A stretch of DNA of 64,000 nucleotides from Chthoniobacteraceae bacterium (GTDB taxonomy: Bacteria > Verrucomicrobiota > Verrucomicrobiia > Chthoniobacterales > Chthoniobacteraceae): the NCBI GenBank assembly GCA_037190965.1, contig JBBCKI010000015.1, forward strand, positions 26,264-90,263, given 5' to 3'. The position numbers were made by a program, and so were the translations under genes. Under the pieces are notes generated by a model, which was not told where the DNA came from, ran no database searches, and saw nothing but the letters and a program-made list of their open reading frames with translations. Position 1 is the stretch's first letter. Each line of letters begins with the position of its first letter. Below, piece by piece: positions 47,422 through 62,957 of this stretch.

Positions 47422-50400
47422 TTTACTTCCTCCAAACAGATCAACTCCGCATCGCCCGGGCGCAAGGGGATTTCAATCGCCCACTCCCCACCTTCGCGTG
47501 ACACCTTCAATGGCGCGTGCTCATTGACCGATGCCGCCCGAAGCTCCTTCACTCCCGCCTTTGCTTTCAGGGTGACCGTCACAGTCCGGCCCTCTTCCCG
47601 CCAATCTTCCACAACAATGAAGGAGCGCCCGTTGGAACGGAAACCGTAACCTGCCGTTCCCGACGGAAAGCGCAGCGGGAGATCGAGATGCGCCTTCAGA
47701 ATCGGTGCAAGCTCCTCGCCCTCACGTTCTGTCAATGGCAGGCGCTGGAGCGGAACAAAAAGCATCGTCCCGTTGAGCGTCACGTCCTGCCCCGCGAAGG
47801 TTCCCACCTTTCTTCCGGCCACCGGCTTGCCAGCGGCATTCACCCCGAAGACGTTTGCCACTTCCACAGGAAGTCCCTTTGCCACATGGGCGAAAGCCAC
47901 GATCCTTCCGCCCCTGGCCGCATATACGCGGAGCGCCGTCAGTTCTGCGGCGCTAAAGCGCTCTGCATTGGCCAACACCAGCGGTGCATCCCTGCGCCAT
48001 TGGGAGAGCATTCCGGCATTTCCGGAGAACGGAAGGGAGATCCCATTTTCATGTAATCGTCGCACAAAGGAGGCGACCATCATGGTTTCTTCATCCGCGC
48101 TGTTTCCGCCGGGACCGCCTCCGCTGATCCGCAGCGATTCCATTTTTTCCAGATAAGCCGTGCTGAAGATCAGGCCCGCGCCAAGGGGCGCTTCGGGAGT
48201 CAATAGTGACTGTCGCTCCTCCACGCGCTGCCATTCGTTGAAGTCATTTTCATTCAGGGTGAACGCCGCTCCTCCGTTGAAGTTGTAGCCGTAGGTGTTC
48301 ATCGGACGGTAACTTCCGTCGGGACGAATCACTCCACGGAACGCTCGATTATAAATATGGCGTCGTGACGGCTCAGTCGTCCCGACCGGCCCGCGCCATT
48401 GAATGTTGTTCAAGACGCTTTCATCCCACCCCCAGGAACCGAGCGCCGTCATGGCCAGGAAAGGGTTGAACGCCAGGACCCCCATTTGCCGACCGGTGGT
48501 GAGCGGAATGCTGCTTTCGGCCATTCCCCAGGTGTTATCGTCATTCATCCCACGCACGATGTCCGAAATCACCTCCGCCTCTTTCAACGGAACCAGGGGC
48601 GCGCCTTGTGCCTGGATCACCACCTTTTTCCCTTCGGCTGCAAACTGGGTACGGAAGTTCCGGAGATCGCGCTCATATTCCTGCAATTGCCAGGCGTTGA
48701 ACTGCCCGCTGTAATTGCTGTTCACCTCCCGAACCAATTCATCCCGCGTCTTCCCTGTAAGACCGGCGCCACCCTTGCTCCTCAAATGCCGATGGAATGC
48801 CTCCAGATCCATCCAGGAATAAGCAAGATTGACGGTGGGGCCGGTATCCCAGCGATCGCTGAACCCGAGATGAACTCTCCCGGCATCCTTCCAGCCGCGG
48901 TCCTCCTTCGCCCGTTCCACCAAAAGCGGCAGGGCGACGTCCCAGAACCGTTCGCCATTATAAAAAGAACGCCACGGCGTCGAATAATGCCGCATATCGT
49001 TATCGGAAACATAAAGGCGATCCGCCCGCATCCGGGTGTTGGCCGCATTCTGCTTCAACCCTCGGGAGTAGGCCCAGACAAGATCGTCAGGTTGTCCCCA
49101 CCCTTCCAGAATCTCCTGCGTTCCAACGCCAATATTGAAAATATTCCGAAATCCACGGGTCACGATGAATCCCATGCTGACATCCGTGGGTGACGCTACC
49201 TCCTCAATCGGGCGGAATGACCGCGCCCCATTCACCGCCAGAACCGGGATCGTGCTTATCGTCCCGCCAAAAGACGCCTCCAGGCGGTAAGGCGTCGCAT
49301 CGGAGCCCTCCGGCAATACAACCTTGAATGGCCGCACCACCCGCCCGAGCGAAGGAACCTCCTCCACCCGATCCGTCAATGTTCGCACTTCATTGGTCAA
49401 CGCATTGCGCCATTGCAGCAAAAGGCGATCCTTCACTTCCGGCGCCTCCGTTTCTATGGCCCCTTCAATGCCAATCTCCGCAAGGCGCGGAGGCACTCCC
49501 AACTCTCCAAGGCGTACCTTGACTGTCTTCGCCTTCGTCGCGGGAAACTCCAGCCGCAGCACCCCGTTCCCTTGGGGAATCCGCCATTCTGCCCGCTCTT
49601 CACGCGCCACCTCCACGCCGTCTGCTTCAATGACTACCCGCTTTGGGTTATGGCGCATGTGATTGCGATAACGATCCGCCGCGCCATAGAGCGTCACCGC
49701 AGTCACGGTCGCCTCCTTCGGAAACTCGAACAGAAGCACCTGCTCCCGCCCTCCCTTCCCTTCATAAAATCCCCACGCATCGAGGGCATACCAGTCCGGG
49801 CGTGACTCGGCCCGGGATGACTCATCCGTCAGTGCAGCCAGCGATGGATTTTCTGGGTAGGCTTCATCGGTGACTTTCGCAAGCGCGGCGATATTCCTTA
49901 CCCCATTGGAAATCACCACCGATCCCTCCACCGTCGCTCCTTGCTGATAGGCGTAGGAATGGATCGGCAATCCGGAGCGCGCTTCCTTCCCGATCGCCGG
50001 AGCGTGAAACGGGCGTTTCCTTCCCCTCTCTTCCGTGGTCACAACCTGAACCGAAACGGCGGGCCGAAGGTCTGCTACCCAAACCTTCTCCGCCAAAAGC
50101 CTCTCCCCGTTGGCGGAAAGCAGGCCGACACGCGCCTTGTATTCATCCCGCGTCGCCAATGCCTGGTAGGAAGTTGCCGAGGCCTTTTCCGGCAAGGGCA
50201 TCGTGACGGAAACAGTCGCTCCCGCAGGAATCGTCACCTGCTTTTGAACATCCCCCACGATCGCCTCTTCCCATGTCAGCAAGCGGCCCAGGAGCACCCC
50301 ATCCACGGACGTTCCTCCGTGGTTTGTCAACTTCACCTCGAGTTCCCGCTTCTTCAACGGGACTCCCGGTTCGTAAACGAACTCCATCGCCACCGCAGCA

Positions 50401-51221
50401 TCTCCGGCCATCCCCGGGGCATGCTCGTCTTTCCGCAGCCACGTGACGACCGCGTTCCAGAAAGGAATCTCCCGATCAACATTCTCAAAGTTCGACGCGA
50501 ATACCGCGACTTTTCCCGCCCCGTAACGCCCGGTGATGAGAAGCGGCGTCTGGGCATAGTCATTGCAGCGTGCCCGCACCGTCCAATCACGATTGATCAA
50601 CGGCCGCGTCCACCAAAAACTCCCCTTGGGCAGAAGATTCGCCACATCATTGGCGGTGGGGTTTGCCGTCCCAAAATCCTTGTACGGCAACGGCCGAAGA
50701 TAGCGATCGTAGCGCGCCTGCCCCCTCTCCACGGCATGCCAGGGACGGATTTCGTAGTGAAAGCGAACCGAAAAATCCTTCACCGCATCAGGGTTCGGAA
50801 AGAAAGCAGGATCGGGCTCGATCAACCTCGCCTCTCCTCGCCGTTCCTGCGCGTATCTCGAATGCCACGCCATGGTGGGGAGCATGAATCCCAGGCGCTG
50901 AATTCCGATCCCGGCCCCTTCGTCAAAACCGACAAGGAGACTTCCCCCCTGTTGCACAAAGCGTCCAAGTCCCTCGGCTATCTCGTCGGTGATGACCCCA
51001 CGCGCCTGAAGAATCACAAGATCTCCCTCAAAAGTTCCACCCTGAGGATTTCCTTTTAGCGGAGCAAACCCAGAACCATCCAGTGCCGCCTGCACCGCCG
51101 CCGGTTCTACGTTGATGCAGATCGCGTTCTGCGCAGAGAGGGGCGCCCCCATGCATAAAATGCCAAACGACAAGAGCGCTCCCACTCCCCACCGATGACG
51201 GACATTCACAGTCATTGTCAT
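47418..51221 (-). CDS. Large secreted multidomain protein, possible unclassified glycoside hydrolase
   Basis: Start at ATG 51221 or 51215; signal …APLSA|Q; class I GATase-like N-region (RFVQQGGSLLV, GRYGAGKVAVF); discoidin/CBM-like segment; aromatic-rich C-terminal half. Confidence 0.72.
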   Translation of the reverse strand: MTMTVNVRHRWGVGALLSFGILCMGAPLSAQNAICINVEPAAVQAALDGSGFAPLKGNPQGGTFEGDLVILQARGVITDEIAEGLGRFVQQGGSLLVGFDEGAGIGIQRLGFMLPTMAWHSRYAQERRGEARLIEPDPAFFPNPDAVKDFSVRFHYEIRPWHAVERGQARYDRYLRPLPYKDFGTANPTANDVANLLPKGSFWWTRPLINRDWTVRARCNDYAQTPLLITGRYGAGKVAVFASNFENVDREIPFWNAVVTWLRKDEHAPGMAGDAAVAMEFVYEPGVPLKKRELEVKLTNHGGTSVDGVLLGRLLTWEEAIVGDVQKQVTIPAGATVSVTMPLPEKASATSYQALATRDEYKARVGLLSANGERLLAEKVWVADLRPAVSVQVVTTEERGRKRPFHAPAIGKEARSGLPIHSYAYQQGATVEGSVVISNGVRNIAALAKVTDEAYPENPSLAALTDESSRAESRPDWYALDAWGFYEGKGGREQVLLFEFPKEATVTAVTLYGAADRYRNHMRHNPKRVVIEADGVEVAREERAEWRIPQGNGVLRLEFPATKAKTVKVRLGELGVPPRLAEIGIEGAIETEAPEVKDRLLLQWRNALTNEVRTLTDRVEEVPSLGRVVRPFKVVLPEGSDATPYRLEASFGGTISTIPVLAVNGARSFRPIEEVASPTDVSMGFIVTRGFRNIFNIGVGTQEILEGWGQPDDLVWAYSRGLKQNAANTRMRADRLYVSDNDMRHYSTPWRSFYNGERFWDVALPLLVERAKEDRGWKDAGRVHLGFSDRWDTGPTVNLAYSWMDLEAFHRHLRSKGGAGLTGKTRDELVREVNSNYSGQFNAWQLQEYERDLRNFRTQFAAEGKKVVIQAQGAPLVPLKEAEVISDIVRGMNDDNTWGMAESSIPLTTGRQMGVLAFNPFLAMTALGSWGWDESVLNNIQWRGPVGTTEPSRRHIYNRAFRGVIRPDGSYRPMNTYGYNFNGGAAFTLNENDFNEWQRVEERQSLLTPEAPLGAGLIFSTAYLEKMESLRISGGGPGGNSADEETMMVASFVRRLHENGISLPFSGNAGMLSQWRRDAPLVLANAERFSAAELTALRVYAARGGRIVAFAHVAKGLPVEVANVFGVNAAGKPVAGRKVGTFAGQDVTLNGTMLFVPLQRLPLTEREGEELAPILKAHLDLPLRFPSGTAGYGFRSNGRSFIVVEDWREEGRTVTVTLKAKAGVKELRAASVNEHAPLKVSREGGEWAIEIPLRPGDAELICLEEVK

Positions 51222-51228
51222 GGTCCGG

Positions 51229-54200
51229 TTACTTGGCCGCTCTTTCCGGCTTTTCGAATCCGAACTCCAGTTCGTTTGACCAGTGCGATTGCCAGTCGTT
51301 GTGGAACGTGATGCTATTCGCCTTCGAGACACTCCGCGCCGTGGCCAATTCATACGAAGGGCCCCCGTTATCGTTGACCCGGAAGGTGAACTTAATGCGC
51401 CCACCGGCATCAAGGCGCTCCTTCACCTTGGGAATTTCGCTCCACGGCAGTGCCGCTTCGACAATTCGCATATTCCCTTCCCGCACCATGACCAGCTTGC
51501 CGTTTTTTACGGGGCCATCGAAAACCGACTTCGGCTGGCGCGGATAAAAGTGCTTTCTCGGCATTCCCGGCACCTGCAAACGCCAGATCTCCGTACCGCC
51601 GCCATGCTTGGGAGCGACCGCGTTCAGACCGTATTCATAGTCGCTATCCCAATACGACATCCAGCGCGGCGGCGTTCCCGCAGGGCTTTCAATCCACGGC
51701 TTTTCATCCGGCGGAAGCACGTTGAAGGCAATTTGCACGTTGTCATGGCTTTGCGGCCCTCCGCCGGGAAGATCGGGCCGCTTCCGATAGGAAAACCGAC
51801 GCACACCCTCCGGCCACCTCATCTCGATCTTCTTGATTTCATCGGAAAACACCAGCATTGCATCGGATGGGAGCACTTCCATCGTCCCGGCAACAAGGTG
51901 ACCGTCGGCACCATAAGTGCCTTTCCAGTCGCCCCGTGTCCGCTCATCGATCCCGACAAACTCGACGCTGGCTTTCCCGAGTCTTTTCCCTTCCTTGGCA
52001 GGATCAAGGAAGACTCCGCTGGCAACGCCCTTCAACCAGTTGTTGCTGGAAATCCGGATCCGTACCTTGCCTGAAATATTATAGATCGCATACTTTCCAT
52101 CACCGAACTTGTTGACCACCTGCCGATTCAGAATCTTCCAGGTCTGACGGTCGATCATCTCGATGCTCACGTTGTGGCGCCCCAGTGGATCGCCGCTCAG
52201 AAAATAGAGCGCCACCTGCCGCTGCTCGGTCTCGGGCAAATCGAGATCCATTGCAAGAGAGGTGGAAAGACTCTCCCACACTCCCTTGCTCCGCCCGTTC
52301 CCTTCCGGGAGTTCCAGAAACTCCTTATCCAACACCGGATTCTCGATCACCTTGTCGAGTTTCACCATCGTCGCCCCTTCGTCATACCGATAGGCGACTT
52401 CGGGATAGAAATAGTCATCGTCGTTGCGCGTTTCGAACCGAACCATCCCATCATCCGGCGTGGAATCCGAAATCCGGGCCGCGAAATAGAAATGATCGTC
52501 GTCGTAAGCGAGATAGCCCGTCGCCAATCCCTGCGTTACCGAGTCGTCAAACTTGGCAAACGGTAGCCACGCCTTCTCCGTCATATTCGCCCCGATTCCC
52601 GCCGCGCCGAGCGTCTGGGGGATCACATCCGTCCAGTCGTCCAGCTTCCCATCGACGGAGATCGAGCGGGGAGAAATCACGTTGGCATGAATCTTCTCCT
52701 CGCAAAAAACAACACCATCCCTCCCTGCATCGAACTTCACCTCCAGCGGATAGACGTTATCGGGCGTCGTGACCACTCCGCTGACCTTGACCTCGTGCAC
52801 TCGCGTCTCGTGCGGCTTCAACGAAACGGTTTCGGTTACCGGCGTCAGATCATGACCGTTCATCCGCACGGAGAGCGTACCCGTCACGGAGCGGTTCAGC
52901 ACATTCGTCATCTTCAACCGGAGCTTTGGTTCCGAGGCCACGCGCTCCGTCAGATCGTGCGGGATGATCTCCACCGGCTCGTAACCCGCAATTTCTCCCG
53001 CGCGCAAGGCGTCAAGAAGCTGCGGGAACGAACCTTTCTCCCCGTTGGTCCGCAAATAATAGCCATTCCCGTCCAGTGGGACCGAAATCTTCCCGCCCTT
53101 GGAGGGAACGGGATTTCCGTAAAAATCCATCAGTGCAAATTTCCCTCCGCCGTCGGAGATCGTCATGCTTCCGCCTTCCAGCACCTCGGCTGCTTCCAAC
53201 TGCGCCTGCAGCGCCTTCCGCTCCGCTTCGAGCGCTCCCGTCGGGAGCATCTCCAGTTTCTTCTGCAGAGCGCGCACCTGCTCCTGGTTCTTCAACCCAT
53301 GGACCGTCCGGAACAAAAGCAGGTTCCGGGAGTAGGCTCCCCCAAGGTCTCCACACACGACGACCGTTCCGTCATCTTCGCTTTTTCCGGGGCGTCCCTC
53401 AAAAACGAAGACCGAAGGCAGGCCATTCTGAAAAAGCAGCTCACGGAATGGACGCTGCCCCACAAATTTGGTGCTCGCCGCCACAGCAGCCGCCGTCGAC
53501 CATGCCTGCACCACCGTTGTGCGCTTCCCGCCTTCAAGCACGATATTCTGTGGTTCGTAAACGTTCCCGGCGTATATCCCCATCGCCCGTTCCTGCCCCA
53601 TGGCATGCATCGAGGCCACGACCAAACCGACACGGTCTTCCGAATTCGCAATCCAGCTTTCCGTATCCCAGACCCGCACCGGACCATAAGGGCTCTTTCG
53701 ACCGAGGAAATCACGCATCAACGCCGGAGTCGCCGCCATGGCCTGGTAATGAATGCTACAGAAATCGAGCCACTTCAAAAACGTGTCGGAGCCGTCGGAA
53801 AAAAACTTGTCGACCGTGTTGCTCGAAGACCCCGTCCCGCCCATCAGGACATCGGTACCGTCTTCCTTCCGCGCCTCCTCCACACCTCGTGCCATGGCGC
53901 TGTAAATCTCACGATAACGCAGCATGTCGGCCCCCCACCCCGAAATCGAGATTCCCTCCCACGGTTCATTCCAAAGCTCGATGGCGTTGATCGGCCCCTT
54001 CGGCCATCCAAATGTTCCGCAGAGTTTCCGCACCCAACTTTGGAAGTCGCCATCGGCCGAGGGCAGCCAAGCGAGATCGCGCTTGGTCTCCTGAAATGTC
54101 GCTTCATCATCGAGATGCGGCCGACCCGTTTCGAGCGGAAGCGGAAACGTTCCCGATGCGGTCGTTACCATGAGCGTCACCTCATTCTCCTGCAACGCCC

Positions 54201-54900
54201 GGCTCCAGTTGACGATGTTGCTCCACTTCTTCTCATAGTCCTTGTCATCGGACGCAAAGACGTTGATCTCCGCCCGCGCTCCCTTCACCCCAAGGCGCTT
54301 GAAAAAGCGTGCCGCCTCTTCACTCGTGCCATTCAAATCCAGCGCATAGGCGGGAAAGCGCTCAGCCCCTCCATCGGGCTCGATCACGCGCACTAGCGAT
54401 GCCGCAAATGCCTTTCCATGGCCCTCCAGTTCGGCCACAAGGACATAACCGCCAAAGGTTGCGGGGACCTTTGGAGTGACTGTAATCTCCGTCTCCCCCT
54501 TTGCCTTCAGATCGACGGCGAATGGAATCGAATCGACCACTCCGTTGGAGAAGAAAAGTGGCTCCCAGATGTCCCCCGGCTTTCCTCGGGTCCCGTAATG
54601 AATCACCTCAACCCTCCCCGTCGCCTTCAACGGCGCGGAGGTCTGATTGGTGACGCGAAACCTCAGCGTCGCCTGTTCGCCGGGCCAAAGAACGTTGGCG
54701 GGCAAGTCGCAGCTCAACTGCTGGATGGTATAGTCCCTCGCCTTGTGATCACGATCAAGCTTCAGAAGTTTCGCCTCTCCGATCACCCTCGTCCCGGGAA
54801 CCATTTGGGCAAACCCTTTTTCTCCGGCAAAACCAAACAGGGAGAGAGACAAACACGCAAACCATGCCCGAGCAGAAGGAAGTAAACCTGGGGGGATCAT
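51229..54900 (-). CDS. Large secreted clan GH-A-like glycoside hydrolase with CBM9-like domain
   Basis: Acid/base motif IELWNEPW, FCSIHY, nucleophile motif VWDTESW; CBM9-like ISVDGKLDDW...YLAYDDDHFYFAARISD. Confidence 0.78.
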   Translation of the reverse strand: MIPPGLLPSARAWFACLSLSLFGFAGEKGFAQMVPGTRVIGEAKLLKLDRDHKARDYTIQQLSCDLPANVLWPGEQATLRFRVTNQTSAPLKATGRVEVIHYGTRGKPGDIWEPLFFSNGVVDSIPFAVDLKAKGETEITVTPKVPATFGGYVLVAELEGHGKAFAASLVRVIEPDGGAERFPAYALDLNGTSEEAARFFKRLGVKGARAEINVFASDDKDYEKKWSNIVNWSRALQENEVTLMVTTASGTFPLPLETGRPHLDDEATFQETKRDLAWLPSADGDFQSWVRKLCGTFGWPKGPINAIELWNEPWEGISISGWGADMLRYREIYSAMARGVEEARKEDGTDVLMGGTGSSSNTVDKFFSDGSDTFLKWLDFCSIHYQAMAATPALMRDFLGRKSPYGPVRVWDTESWIANSEDRVGLVVASMHAMGQERAMGIYAGNVYEPQNIVLEGGKRTTVVQAWSTAAAVAASTKFVGQRPFRELLFQNGLPSVFVFEGRPGKSEDDGTVVVCGDLGGAYSRNLLLFRTVHGLKNQEQVRALQKKLEMLPTGALEAERKALQAQLEAAEVLEGGSMTISDGGGKFALMDFYGNPVPSKGGKISVPLDGNGYYLRTNGEKGSFPQLLDALRAGEIAGYEPVEIIPHDLTERVASEPKLRLKMTNVLNRSVTGTLSVRMNGHDLTPVTETVSLKPHETRVHEVKVSGVVTTPDNVYPLEVKFDAGRDGVVFCEEKIHANVISPRSISVDGKLDDWTDVIPQTLGAAGIGANMTEKAWLPFAKFDDSVTQGLATGYLAYDDDHFYFAARISDSTPDDGMVRFETRNDDDYFYPEVAYRYDEGATMVKLDKVIENPVLDKEFLELPEGNGRSKGVWESLSTSLAMDLDLPETEQRQVALYFLSGDPLGRHNVSIEMIDRQTWKILNRQVVNKFGDGKYAIYNISGKVRIRISSNNWLKGVASGVFLDPAKEGKRLGKASVEFVGIDERTRGDWKGTYGADGHLVAGTMEVLPSDAMLVFSDEIKKIEMRWPEGVRRFSYRKRPDLPGGGPQSHDNVQIAFNVLPPDEKPWIESPAGTPPRWMSYWDSDYEYGLNAVAPKHGGGTEIWRLQVPGMPRKHFYPRQPKSVFDGPVKNGKLVMVREGNMRIVEAALPWSEIPKVKERLDAGGRIKFTFRVNDNGGPSYELATARSVSKANSITFHNDWQSHWSNELEFGFEKPERAAK

Positions 54901-55203
54901 GCTTAATACCAAATAGAACCTTAAATACCGTAGTCAAACCTCTTTTCCGCTTCCTCCTCCGGAAGGCGAGCGTCGAGGCGCTTACCCTTTCACACAACTC
55001 ACTCATTAAGAACATCTTAACGATAGATACCCATCTCTGAAATTTTAGGTTCCGATTCTTTCAAAAAGGAAACCAATTTTCTAAAGATCGAATCTCCAAT
55101 ATTTCTTCCAGCCGAAAAAAAGATACACAAAAAGACCAAACATTCTAAAAAATACGTGACTCATCTCTCATTTGAAGTATGAAAAGAGGTGTCGTAACGA
55201 GTT

Positions 55204-56967
55204 ATGAACATTCCCCCCCGCCGAATTTCTCACCGCCTTTTTACCCTTTCAACCCCTTGCGCCCTCGCGCTGAGCGCTTTTTTCCCGGGAAACTGCGTCT
55301 ACGCCGATGTCCGCCTCCCTGCGATATTCGGCGATCATATGGTTCTTCAACGCGACGGGGTTGTCCCCGTCTGGGGATGGGCTGATCCCGGTGAAAAAGT
55401 CACCGTCCAGGCCGGGAACGATAAGGGTGAAACGATGGCCGACGCCGACGGAAAGTGGCAAGTCAAACTAGCCAACTTGGCCGCTTCCAAAGACCCGATT
55501 GAGGTCACTGTCATCGGAAAAAACAAAATAACCTTCACCGACGTTCTCGTAGGCGACGTCTGGGTCTGCTCCGGGCAATCCAACATGGAATTTGGGGTAG
55601 GAGCCGTAATGCCTCGCGAAGAGATTGCCAAGTCCGACCACCCCGGCATCCGCCTTTTCACGGTTCCAAAATGGGTTTCACCGGCTCCGGCCGATGAGAT
55701 CGCACCGGCTCCCCAGAATGCGCCGATGCTTGGGAAATGGCACGTCTGCACTCCGGATACTGTCGCCAAGAACGGGGAATGGTCCGGTTTCTCCGCAGTC
55801 GCCTTCCTCTTCGGACGCGAGATCCAGCAATTCACAGGAAGTCCCGTTGGCCTGATCTCCACCAACTGGGGAGGCACCCGCATTCACTCCTGGATCAGCC
55901 TCAAGACGCTCGAAACGATGCCCCAAAAAGTGAGTGCCGCGCGCAAGGCCGCAGAATTCCGGGATCACTATGCCGACATCAAGTCCAACTGGGAGACCAA
56001 AGTCTGGCCTGAATACCAGGCAACCCTTGCGAAATGGAAGGAAGAGAACCAGGATGCGATCGCCGCGCACGCCCAGGCTGAAAAGGAATGGAGAGAACTC
56101 TCAAGGCTGGCCACCGCGGAAAAACGTCCCGCTCCTCCCCGCCCGAAGGCTCCCCAGCAACCCCGTGAACCGCGCAACCCGCTGACCGACAACCAGACCT
56201 CCTGCGCCCTCTTCAATGGCATGATCAACCCGATAGTCCCTTACGGAATCAAAGGGGCCATCTGGTACCAGGGTGAGTCCAACGCAACCGAACCGCTTGT
56301 CTACAAGGCCGAGATGCCAGCCTTGATCAATGACTGGCGCACCCAGTGGGCACAGGGCGATTTCCCGTTCCTCATCGTCCAGTTGCCTAACTTCGGCCAG
56401 CGTCAGAAAGAGCCGCAAGAGAGCCCATGGGCCGCCACCCGCGAAGCGCAGGCAGGCACCCTTACCCTTCCTAGTACCGGCTACGCCGTAACGCTCGACA
56501 TTGGAGACGCCCACGACATCCATCCGCGCGATAAACAGGACGTCGCCATCCGGCTCGGACTGATCGCACGCAAAGTCGCCTACGGCCAGACCGAGGGTGT
56601 TTTCTCCGGCCCGACCTTCAAGAGCGCAACCCCGGAGGGAAGCAAGATCCGCGTCTCCTTCGACAGCATCGGCGGCGGTCTCACCATCGGGCGCGCCCCC
56701 GACCAATTCTTCATCAGCCAGAAGCAACCGATCCCGACAACCACCGCGACGGAGCTGGAAGGGTTTGCCATCGCCGGAGCGGACCAAAAGTTTGTCTGGG
56801 CAAAAGCCACCATTGATGGCGACACCATTGTGGTCGAAAGTGATGCCGTCCCGAACCCGATCGCTGTGCGTTATGGCTGGGCCGACAATCCCGCCTGCAA
56901 CCTTTACAACAAGGAAGGGCTTCCCGCAGCCCCCTTCCGCACCGACAGTTTTGCATTTGGAAAATAA
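55204..56967 (+). CDS. Sialate O-acetylesterase (SASA) family protein
   Basis: LPAIFGDHMVLQR, GDVWVCSGQSNM, WGGT, IWYQGESN, DIHPRDK, NLYNKEGLPAAPFRTD. Confidence 0.93.
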   Translation: MNIPPRRISHRLFTLSTPCALALSAFFPGNCVYADVRLPAIFGDHMVLQRDGVVPVWGWADPGEKVTVQAGNDKGETMADADGKWQVKLANLAASKDPIEVTVIGKNKITFTDVLVGDVWVCSGQSNMEFGVGAVMPREEIAKSDHPGIRLFTVPKWVSPAPADEIAPAPQNAPMLGKWHVCTPDTVAKNGEWSGFSAVAFLFGREIQQFTGSPVGLISTNWGGTRIHSWISLKTLETMPQKVSAARKAAEFRDHYADIKSNWETKVWPEYQATLAKWKEENQDAIAAHAQAEKEWRELSRLATAEKRPAPPRPKAPQQPREPRNPLTDNQTSCALFNGMINPIVPYGIKGAIWYQGESNATEPLVYKAEMPALINDWRTQWAQGDFPFLIVQLPNFGQRQKEPQESPWAATREAQAGTLTLPSTGYAVTLDIGDAHDIHPRDKQDVAIRLGLIARKVAYGQTEGVFSGPTFKSATPEGSKIRVSFDSIGGGLTIGRAPDQFFISQKQPIPTTTATELEGFAIAGADQKFVWAKATIDGDTIVVESDAVPNPIAVRYGWADNPACNLYNKEGLPAAPFRTDSFAFGK

Positions 56968-56982
56968 TCCGGCTATTTCACT

Positions 56983-57714
56983 ATGAAGCCCCCCATCAAA
57001 TCACTTTCCTTCGCTATCCTGGCCATTGCCGCCCTCTCTCCCCTCCCGGCCTGCGCCGCGGAAGAAGAAACGTACATCAAGTTGGAGTTGGACACTGCTG
57101 AACCCGGCAGCCCGCCGCCGCTGGCTCCATTCATGGCGGGCTCGGTCGGCCACTCGCTCGACACGCTGACCGCTACCGAGGCCAACCGGGTCGTCGTCGC
57201 CAAAGATCTGCCCGATTTTCCAGGAAAATCGCTGCACTTCATCAAGGAATCATCGGAGCCCCGCACGCCTCGCGCCGTCTTTGCAAGCAGTCACGGCCTT
57301 GTCACCTCGGGCAAAGTCCGGTTCACATGGGATGCAGCCCTCGAGTCGTTCTCAGCCAGTGAGCTTTTCCCCGGTTTCGAAGCGCTCCTCACCTTTGGGC
57401 TGATGGATAACGTGGGAACGCCATTCTTCAACTTTTACTACCTTGTCGGCAAAGAACAGACCTCCGGCGTCTTCGGATGCCTCGGAGAAAAGGTGGGTGA
57501 ATGGAGGGCTGGCAACAAGCAACACTTCGACCTCCTCCTCGATTTTGACGCCGGCGCTGCCACAATCACTATTGATGGCAAGGAGGCGGGTGTCGTGAAG
57601 TTCAAGGCCCCTGAAGCACTCCGGGTCGTCCAATTCAGCGACGGCACGGGTCTCGCTTTCTATGGCAGCCAATATAAGGCCGTTATCAGCAATTTTACGA
57701 TGACGCGACCTTAA
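56983..57714 (+). CDS. Secreted beta-sandwich-like hypothetical protein
   Basis: Signal peptide; beta-rich sequence; 15 bp after the esterase gene. Confidence 0.75.
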   Translation: MKPPIKSLSFAILAIAALSPLPACAAEEETYIKLELDTAEPGSPPPLAPFMAGSVGHSLDTLTATEANRVVVAKDLPDFPGKSLHFIKESSEPRTPRAVFASSHGLVTSGKVRFTWDAALESFSASELFPGFEALLTFGLMDNVGTPFFNFYYLVGKEQTSGVFGCLGEKVGEWRAGNKQHFDLLLDFDAGAATITIDGKEAGVVKFKAPEALRVVQFSDGTGLAFYGSQYKAVISNFTMTRP

Positions 57715-57750
57715 ACCCGAAATCCGAAATTGGAGCGAATGGATTCGTTT

Positions 57751-62946
<5,196 letters not shown>

Positions 62947-62957
<11 letters not shown>

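Noticed and set aside
52687..54396. 569-aa plus-strand ORF (likewise 49941-51059 and 58264-59400)
   Set aside because: Antisense shadows of well-supported genes.
55950..56180. Helical, Pro-rich insertion in the sialate O-acetylesterase
   Set aside because: Similar insertions are, to my knowledge, common in this family in PVC bacteria, so not judged novel.
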